From positions 124,001 through 188,000 of the forward strand of contig NIVC01000881.1 in NCBI GenBank assembly GCA_002269645.1: a stretch of DNA of 64,000 nt. The letters are read 5' to 3'. Every line of letters begins with the position of its first letter. The first letter of the stretch is position 1. This document shows, piece by piece, positions 25,075 to 36,600 of this stretch. The notes under the pieces are model-generated. The model was not told the origin of the DNA and searched no databases. It worked only from the letters and a program-made list of their open reading frames with translations. The position numbers and the translations under genes were made by a program. This DNA comes from Macrostomum lignano (Eukaryota).

Positions 25075-26115
25075 CAGGGGTGTCGGAACTGGGGGGGCAT
25101 GGGGGGGGGCTGGAGCCCCCCACTTTTTAGCATGATCCTGCAAGTGCCCTTTTTGAATTTCAAGCAATTGTGTCGGCCCGTTTTCGGCATTGGCTTTTCT
25201 GAGTCTTGGAAGCTAAAGGGTATAAAGGGAGAGGATAGGGAATAGACAAGAGAAATACGAGCGCAGGAGAAAGGAGAGGCGAAGGAATAAAGGAGAAAAG
25301 AGTAGACGAGAACAGAAAAAAATAGGAGAGGAGAGTGGAGATAAATGGGGAGAGGAGAGTCGAAATATAAGAGAGAGGAGAGAAGGAGCGGAGGGAAGGG
25401 AGAAAATAATAGAGAGGAAACGGGAGATGAGAAGAGAAGAGAGAGGTGAGGAGAGGAGAGAAGAGGACAGGACAGGAGAATATGAGAAGAGAGAGGTGAG
25501 GGAAGAGAGCTGAGAAGAGACACAAACATCGAGTGGGCCGGATTGCTATCGTGAAGATTCAAAGGATCCGAGGGCCGGATAGAGAGGCTTTGCAGACATT
25601 TGGCCCTCCAGGCCGGAGTTTGCCAACCCCTGTTTTAGTATTCAGCCCTTTTACTTTGGCATCTCTGATCGAAATTCCGAGTCCGCCGCGCAATCCCAAG
25701 ACTTAAACCGCTGCTGTCGCTGCAACTAAGGTAAAAGCACCAAAATGCCGTTAGATAACAGAATAAAGAGACAGCGCCAAGAGGAACTGAAGGAGGCAGC
25801 CAAGAGATCCAGAAAATTACCTGATTGGTCTTGCCCTTGCAATTTTCATTCATTTGAGATATTTTACTAAATAAATTGATAATGCAGTGCAGTGCAGTTG
25901 CGCAATGTTTGAATTTGTTGAAAATTCGAACATTTTTCAGACTTTTGGCCACTTCCAACACATAATTGAATATTGGCCTGGTTGTCAGAATTAATGTCAC
26001 AAACTGACATAACAGCAGGAGTTTGGGTGCCCTCCCTTAGACTAAAAAAATCATGTGCAATGTGCCCTCCCAACAATATAGCCCCCCCACTTTGAAATAT
26101 GTTTCGACACCGCTA
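25075..26115. mobile_element. Non-autonomous hAT-type element
   Basis: Imperfect 15-bp TIRs (CAGGGGTGTCGGAAC and GTTTCGACACCGCTA, 12/15). 8-bp TSD AGCATTCA at 25067-25074 and 26116-26123. The interior has a purine-rich tract and no recognisable ORF. Confidence 0.7.
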
Positions 26116-27320
26116 AGCATTCATATTGTAGTCGTAAATGTATATAGACGTATTACATATAGATGTAGTACATTGTAGCCGTTTTACCCCCCATACCCCG
26201 ATGGAGAGTGGTGCGGACGTCGTGTACAAGTGCATGGTACGCTACGGCCAGCGCAGCCGCAATCCAAGCAACAGCCGCCATCGGAAAAGTTTTTCGCATC
26301 TTAAATCATGTATGGCAATGTTCAGTATCAATCTTCTGCAGAGGCTATGCGTCTGACCTATAAGATCCTACACCTAAAGCTGCCTGTGATTGACCTGTCA
26401 TGCGCCCAGCTAATTTGTATGTAATATATGAGTAAACATGTAGATGATGTTGCAGGAAAAATTAGCTTAGCTTCGGATTGTACATGTACATTTCTGCAGA
26501 AATTATCTACATTTGCAAAATTGCAGAACATTATTACGCGTATATTTAAATGTGATTTGTATGGCTACTCTGTATGCATGCTATAATATTGAATAATATA
26601 TTAGCTGTAGGCTTGTAATTTAATTAATGAAAATATAATGAACAAACTCCTTAATCGTAAAATACTTGGCTTGACTCATTTTTTGTACTCATATTTATAC
26701 TCATCAATACTCATATTCATATTCTATTATAATTCCCTTATTTAAATACTTTAAATTTGCCATTTCGTTGTTAGTCGTCACTTTCGTCCAAAAATACCGT
26801 AAAAAATTTTGGCGCGCTTTCAAATACTTAATTATATTTTACAATTAACATCGAATCGCCTTTATAAACTTCTATTTCGAAAATTTTTCCAAATACATTG
26901 CCGTATAATATATTGGCCAAACAGGCTAACTGCCTGAGCCAAATTCCTACTACTACTACTACTACTTGGCGTAGCGTAGTAAGTAGCGTAGTATGCTTGC
27001 GAACTCGAATTATATATGCTGACGATATTCTATATAAACGTTGGAGTTAAACGCGCCAATCCTTCTATGGCAGAGGCCACCGATTTTGGAAATTTCTAAT
27101 CTGAGTTAGCCCAGCTGCTTTGACATCCAAGCGTGCGTTCCACGCATTAAGGACTTTCAGGTTAAAGTTCACTTAGCCTGCTACATTTAATACAATTTGG
27201 CTGAGATTGCATGAACTAAACTTTAGCTATTGAGAAATAACACTAACTGCACTACGTGTCGGCCAACTTGGATTTTTAACAGTAAGAATGACAGTCGTTA
27301 CAGTCAACTTCTGTCGCTGC

Positions 27321-28983
<1,663 letters not shown>

Positions 28984-29224
28984 AACAGATGCTGATAATA
29001 TCTACCAGCTATTACAATGTATTAAGTTTTTAAGCCTCTCGCAGGCCGTGCAGTCTACTGCCTGTGATAACTTATTAGTTGATATGTGCATTTGCAAATA
29101 CACTATGCATGCCTCAGCTAGGGCTTACTTTAAAAGTCCACTAGGACTTATAGCTATATTAGTATTTCGACTTGGGCCTTCTGCTTACTTTTTTGCGACT
29201 CAATCGGGCATTTTTAGCGGCTTC

Positions 29225-29755
29225 TTCCTGTGGCGGTTGCGAGTATTTTAGTTCCAACTCTTCCTGTGACGGTTGCGAGTATTTTAGTTCCATCTCTTCC
29301 TGTGACAGTGCTACTGCAGTTCCAACTCTTCCTGTGACGGTTGCGAGTATTTTAGTTCCAACTCTTCCTGTGACGGTTGCGAGTATTTTAGTTCCATCTC
29401 TTCCTGTGACGGTTGCGAGTATTGTATAGTTCCAACTCTTCCTGTGACGGTTGCGAGTATTTTAGTCCCAACTCTTCCTGTGACGGTTGCGAGTATTTTA
29501 GTTCCAACTCTTCCTGTGACGGTTGCGAGTATTTTAGTTCCATCTCTTCATGTGACAGTGCTACTGCAGTTCCAACTCTTCCTGTGACGGTTGCGAGTAT
29601 TTTAGTCCCAACTCTTCCTGTGACGGTTGCGAGTATTTTAGTTCCATCTCTTCATGTGACAGTGCTACTGCAGTTCCAACTCTTCCTGTGACAGTGCTAC
29701 TGCACTTTCAACTCTTCCTCTGAAAGCTATTGTAGTTCTAACTCCTCTTGTGACG
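29225..29755. repeat. 36-bp minisatellite GTTCCAACTCTTCCTGTGACGGTTGCGAGTATTTTA with a 32-bp variant unit
   Basis: About 15 units; abuts the LINE fragment. Confidence 0.9.
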
Positions 29756-29779
29756 GTTATTGCAGTTCGGCGGCTATGC

Positions 29780-30985
29780 AGCGTAGCGGATCCATTTTCA
29801 GCCTGACAGTATTGCTACTGGCCAGGAGGTTGAGCTGCCGGGCGCAGTCGGCGACTGTCCGGGAGTTCGTGGTGGTGTGGCAAAGGGACTGTAAGGCCGC
29901 TTGGCTGTCAGAGTGGATAACGATAGTCTCTCCTCTCGTACCCTTGGCATTCATTTCTGCGGCCCAGGAGCTGATATGCTCGTAGCAAGGACGTTGTTCT
30001 GGAAGACCGTAGAGAGTCTGCCAATGTGCTGGGCATGCGTAGCAATCCAGACGCGGCCGTCGATGATGCAGACCCCAAAGCCGGCGCGACCGTCTTTGAT
30101 GGATCCGTCCGTGTAGCAATGGACCTCCTGGAAATTCCAGTGGTCATTGGCAGCATCCCTAGAGGGGATGGTGACCTTGTAGCGCTGAAAGAGGTTGAGA
30201 GTGCGGGGTTCGCCGTCAGATAGGACGTGGAGCCCGCCGCTGTCTCTCAAGTCCTTGAGGCAGAGGTCGGCGTGGGGCAGAAGCTTACGCTTAGCCATGG
30301 CCCTATGGGGCTGGATTCGAATGCCAGCGTCAGCTAGACGGCGGGCAGTCTTAGCCGCTTCCCTGCGGACAAAGATGTCCAGCGGGGGAATGTTGAGGAA
30401 GGCGTTGATGCCATCGTAAGGAGCAGACGGAGGGGCGCTCATGATCGTGCGACATGGGCGCCCTTGCGCTCTCCTGAGAGCCTCTAGACAGGTCTTTACC
30501 TGCAGGGCGCTAGCCCAGATCAGGCCGCCATACGAGATAGCGGGCCTAACCATTGCAGTGTAGATCCACCAGAGGCGCTTGGGGGTGAGCTCCCAGGTGG
30601 TGCCGACAGCCCTGCGCAGCTGCGCGAGGACTGCGAAGGCCTTTTTGGCTTTTGTTTGAACGTGGGGTGACCAGTTCAGCCTGTGGTCCAGGGTAATACC
30701 CAGACATTTACTGTGCTTGCAGAAGGGGTTTTCCCTTCCGTAAAGCGTGAGCGGCCGAATCTGCCACTTGGTCCTGCTGGTGAACATGATCGCTGCGGTC
30801 TTAGTCTCAGAGAGCCTTAAACCACAGCGGTCCGCCCATTGCTCAGCGGTGTAGATAAAGTTCTGAAGAAGGTCCCTGAGGGTATCAGGGGACGGACCAG
30901 ATGCCACCGCGGTGACATCGTCCGCATATCCAACTTTCAGAATGGGGTCAGGCCGAGCATCCCAAACGAGCTCATCGATGACAAA
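29780..30985 (-). mobile_element. Degenerate non-LTR retrotransposon fragment (RT C-terminus plus partial RNase H)
   Basis: GYADDVTAV (YADD at 30917-30928), CLGITLDHRLNW and HCYTDGS. A frameshift near 29990 leads into ISSWAAE...HSDSQAAL, truncated before WVPGH. Same family as the 5.9-kb insert. Confidence 0.88.
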
Positions 30986-33663
30986 AACATGAAACTAAGT
31001 CTGATATAAAAAGTATCAATTGTTGCTTAGATACCAGCAGGTTTAAAGTTGCGCGAATTACAATAACGTGCTGTTGTGGTGCATAATTACTTTGCTTGTT
31101 TAAAAAACCTAAATTTGCAGCATAATTAGTTTTTTAATACTTCAATACATTATTATTGAATGTTATGGTACTAAACGGCTTCCCAGGTGTGTCAAAAGTT
31201 TTTAAGGTTTTCACTTTTTGTGTTTAATTGTTGTGGTAACATGAACTCACATGGCAAGTCCGTCGATCCTATTATTCGTAGCCTGTTTAATGTAGCAGCG
31301 TCCTTCACTCGTACATAGTCATACGAATACAATTTAAATTTATATAACATGGTTTATGACTAGGCTAGGCCTATGGCCATATACTATAGCCTATAGGCTA
31401 CCAGTCCAGCCTGAGTTTTTTTTCTGTGGCGCTAAGAATATGCGAAATCGCACCCAAGTGCAAGTCAAGACCAAGGCACATAGCCGTAGGCATAGTCATT
31501 ATAGTTTATATAATAATAATATAACATAATGGCAATGCCAATGGCAATGCAATAGCAAATTATATAGCTAGCATACATACAAAGTTTGCCAATGTCACTA
31601 GGGGCCTATTTATTTATGTAATACTTAAAATAGAGAAATTAGTTAACTCAAGTCAATTATAGGCCCTAGCTACTAAAATTAAGTAGCTTACTTGATAATA
31701 GCTTGTATTGTAAACTACATAATAATAATATAGCCTAAATATAGCCTATATAATAATATAGCCTATATATGCAGGCCTATACACTAATGGCTAGATCTAG
31801 GCCTATCTTATTGCTATTAGGCCCTATATTCCATGAAAAGAAAGAATAAAAATGCCATTCAAAATAGGCCTAGTCTATGTATTAATAGCCCAGGCCTATT
31901 CCAAATGCTTTGGCTTTATTTATTATATATTAAGGGCCTAAGCCTATTTATTAAGACTGTTTATTGACTAGATTCTTATAATAAATTTATATTAGGCCTA
32001 TAGTTTATTTACAACCATAGATAAGTAGCATAGCAATAATATAGGCCTAGGTCTAATCTCTAGAAAGTCAAATATTTATTATAAGGCCTATTATAAGTAT
32101 GTAATAAAAATGAATAAACATATTTAAAATATATATAACTACTCGCAGTTAACTTAATAAAGCTAAGAAGATACATAATAATTTCTTAAATAAATTAACT
32201 AGGCCTAGATAAAAAGTCTTAGGCCTATAATATAAAAGTCAAGCTTAAAATCATCTATCATTTATTTTTTGTTTTCTTTAAAATATCTATCTATTAAGTA
32301 TTAGGGCCTAAGCCTAGGCTAGGCCTAAGTTTAAATTTGAACCAAACTTGTCTAAAGCAAAAATTTTAGCCTGTCTTTAATAATTATTAGGCCTTATAAT
32401 TCTTAGCCTTAGCTTATAGGCTTCTTAATGAATACTATAGCTTTTTGTAGCCTATTTGCTATATTTAGGCCTGTGCATATTGAATTGAATTTATGAATAT
32501 ATTTGCTAATATAATGAAAGCTTTTGTCTATGGTAGCAAAGCTAGTATAGTGGCATTTAATTTGGTCCAAATGCTTGTGAGCCATTTGGCAAACTCTTGT
32601 TTTCTTGCAACTATAATAAGTAAACTCGGATGGTTAGTGCAAGGTAGAAAAATAGTATGGCCCTTACAAGAGCCCACAACCAATGAATATATATTTGGGG
32701 CATAGTACCCTTCTGATTCATATTGATTTTGATATGGCCGAATATACATAAGTAAAATATACATGCAACCCTGACTCATAGCAACCATTGGCATATTGCT
32801 ATAATATAAATGTCTATCAACAAGTTGATTTAGTTGCTTTTCTAGAGCTCTGCTAATAATAAAAAACCTGATAACCAACTAGAACTATTCTTTAAACTTC
32901 TATTAATTTTTTTTCAATGTAATAAAAGGTTCTCTTTCCTTTTCTAGGCAACCTTTGCTAGCAATGGTTTTAATGCACTGCTAGATACTTTTCTTTTCTT
33001 TTATATTTAGCAACATTGCATTGTCTTTTGGGTGATTATCTCTGTTTAGTGCTTAGATCATAGCCAATGGCATTCATTTGACACTTGATAACCTAGTATA
33101 TGGTCTATAATTATGGGGTTGCAATCTTGCTCTTTTGTTGCAATTGCTAATAAAGCTTGATTGATTCGGACCAAATTCAATGCTGCTATGCCAGCCTTAA
33201 TACCATTGACAAAAGCTCTATTATATTGGCAAACTTATCTCAGATTAAATTCAATGCGCATAGGTACAAATGTGCTGCAAAAAGCTATATTAATATAGTA
33301 ATAGAAGAAAGGTTAGAAAAAACCTTAATTAAAGACACCTACATCTCAACCCTTGCTTGCATAGCTCTCTCTTAATTAAGATTTTAATTGCTAATTTTAC
33401 CCTATGTAATACCTACAAAGCAAATATAATAACTAAACAAAACGGCAAAAAATGCTTATAAAAGGCAAGCAGGTAGGCTAAGCTAGCATGCCCATAGCAT
33501 AAATTACTCAATTAATAAATAAATAAATATAACTGAATGTTCTCAGCTTTTTACAAACTTTAATCAAGTCTTCCATCTTGTGCTTTGATTGGTATCCTAA
33601 GCAATTTCTAAGAAAAACAATTTCTTCACTGCAGCATTAAGCAGCAATCGGCTGAAAGCAGAA

Positions 33664-36600
33664 ATGTCAACAAAACAGACAGGAAAGACTAGAAAGTCGG
33701 AGCGCGGCAAAGCTGCTGAGACCTCCAAGCAGCAGAAACAGGCTGAGTCCATTGTCACAGAGGCGGAGGAAATCGTCAGCGAGCAGCAGCAGGGAGAATT
33801 TGAGGAAAATATTGAGCAGCAGGAGGAGCAGGAGCAGCAGCAGCAGGAAGCTAGCACTGTAGTGACCACAGTGACAAATAAGGTCACTTCGCTGCTCACT
33901 GGCACCCCAATAACAGCGGCAGCAGCCAGCTCCAGCAGTTCCAGCGTAGGCGGCAGTCGGCATCGCCGATCGCGCAGTCCGCTAGCAATCTCTCGTGAAC
34001 AAGAGAAAGAAGAGCTAGCCCACCTCAACACTAAGCTGGCCTGCTATATTGAGTTTGTACGCTCTCAGCAGCAGTCTGCGGAGACTGTCCGCCGCCAGTA
34101 CGAGTCTCTGAGCGAGTCGGCTAACCAGGAGTTCAGCCAGAGCACAGGCCTGTACGAGCGGGAGATTGGCGGCCTGCGACAGCAGCTGGACCGGCTGGCC
34201 GGGGAGCGGGCGGACCTGCAGCTGGCTCTGGACAAGGCCAATGCTGAACGGGCTCAGGCGGAGAAGCGGGCCGCCGCATTGGAGAAGTTAGTTGGACTGC
34301 TTTCCAATAGCTTGATGCGCTGTCTATAGAATGACAATTAGAAAGTCAGAACCGCTGTAACACCCTGTGTGAGCGTGTGTATGACTGGCTGCCTTGTAGG
34401 TGCTCAGAAGTCAGCTTGGCTTGAAGCAGAATTGCTTGCCATTCCGGTAAGCAGAGAGCCTCTTTGTCACAAGTCGCAAGCGTTGCTCCTTTTTGACGGT
34501 TGTTTTTCCTTTCAAGTTCGCGCGCCTGATCTTAACAAAGATCCCTATGCACTACTAACTCAGTATTGTAACGCATTTCGCCCCAGGTCGCTGAAGGACC
34601 AGCAGCGGGATTTGGACCGGGCAGCCGAGGCCGAGGCGGAGGCCAGCGACCTGCGCGCCGAGGCCGCCAGGCTGCGCGATCGCGTCGCTGCCCTGGAGGC
34701 GGCCGCCGCTGCCGGCGCCAAGGAGGCCGCGGCTCTGCGCAAGGCTCAGATCGCCGCCGAACGGGCCGAGCGAGAGAATCAGCGGCTGCAGGTGCGGCAC
34801 CGCGGGATCACTTTGTCCACCGTGTGGGATCACTCTGTCCACCGTGTGGGATCACTCTGTCCACCGTGTGGGATCACTCTGTCCACCGTGTGGGATCACT
34901 CTGTTCACCCTGTGGGATCACTGTCCACCGTGTGGGATCACTCTGTCCACCGTGTGGGATCACTCTGTCCACCGTGTGGGATCACTTTGTCCACCGTGTT
35001 GGATCACTCTGTCCACCGTGTGGGATCAATCTGTTCACCCTGTGGGACCACTCTGTCAGCCCATGTGGGATCACTCTGTTCACCCTGTGGGATCACTGTC
35101 CACCGTGTGGGATCACTCTGTCCACCGTGTGGGATCACTCTGTCCACCGTGTGGGATCACTTTGTCCACCGTGTTGGATAACTCTGTCCACCGTGTGGGA
35201 TCACTCTGTCAGCCCATGTGGGATCACTCTGTCCACAGTGTGGGACCACTCTGTCAGCCCATGTGGGATCACTCTGTCCACAGTGTGGGACCACTCTGTC
35301 AGCCCATGTGGGATCACTCTGTCAGCCCACGTGGGATCACTCTGTCAGCCCATGTGGGATCACTCTGTCAGCCCATGTGGGACCACTCTGTCAGCCCATG
35401 TGGGATCACTCTGTCAGCCCATGTGGGATCACTCTGTCAACCCATGTGGGATCACTCTGTCCACCGAGTGGGATCACTCTGTCCACAGTGTGGGATTACT
35501 CTCCATTAAACGCTCCGAACCGCCATTAAAAGCATACAATTTAAAAAGATTGTTACAGATTCAGGTTTTAGACAGTAAGCTATGGTTGATGTTTACATTT
35601 CTTATCAGATAGGACAGACACAGTTTTAATATGTATAGATTTTATAATGTATACTTGAGAGTATTTGGACAGGGGATAAGTAAGACTGCAATAGAAAAAG
35701 TGGTACACTATGTTTTGCTTTTGCTTGAATTCGTTACAATGAGAACAATAAGTTAGAGGCAGCAATGAAACTCTAAGAAACTTGACGTACAGCATTGGCG
35801 CGCTTGTATTGTGCTCAGGACTCAGCTGAATGGGCAGAATTGCTTCAGCATTAGTTGTGAGAAAAGTTTTCAGATGTTTACGTCAAGAAAACAGGTCTCA
35901 GTCGAACGGGGACACGCACTTGCAGATGACGCTAACAGGCTCGACGAAAGTTGGCGACACGGGGTAGTCATTGAGTTTTTGGACAGCAAAGTACCTGCCA
36001 GTAACGATTTCCTTTGTTTGGTAGTTATCCGGCTGAGCCCAGCCCCACAGGCTGCTGTCCACTGTGGTGTTGCAGTCGGCCCAGTACCAGCCGTCCTTGG
36101 ACAGGGGCTGGACAGGAGTCTGCATGCCTCCGAGCCACAGGGACTTGGCTAAAATGAAATCAAATTCGATCACTGTATCCATCTGGCATGAGTAAGCCGG
36201 CCTGAGAACTGTTACTTACACTGGCTGTAGAACTGGGTGTAGAACTGGGTGTCAATGAAGGTCATCTCAGCGTCAGTCACATCGGCCATGACAACCAGTC
36301 CGCTATCGTTTTGGCACCTCTCCCTTGCCTCTTGCCAATTGTAAGAGTGCTCATGCACTGCCAACCGGAGGCCGCACAGCCGGTCTGTGTACTCAGCTGG
36401 GCACAGCTGTCCCGGCTCGAGTCCTTTCTGTTGCTTGATGAAGACCGTGCCCCTTCTTGAGCAGTTGCCGCACTGCCACTCCCCTGCTGCACCTGTTGAA
36501 CAGGAAGAGTTTGCGGGTACCGTCGGAGATGCTGAAGGCCTGGCAGAAGGGCCGGGCGTTGCACTTGAGGGAGCACTCGAGCTCGGATATGATGCCAGCC

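Noticed and set aside
29172-29691. VPTLPVTVASIL or SSCDGCEYF repeat protein
   Set aside because: Interspersed 32-bp units break the frame, so it is not maintained as coding.
32528-32878. Possible RT fragment in ORF ...EFAKWLTSIW...
   Set aside because: Only a few residues resemble RT motifs and no YxDD or other domain was found.
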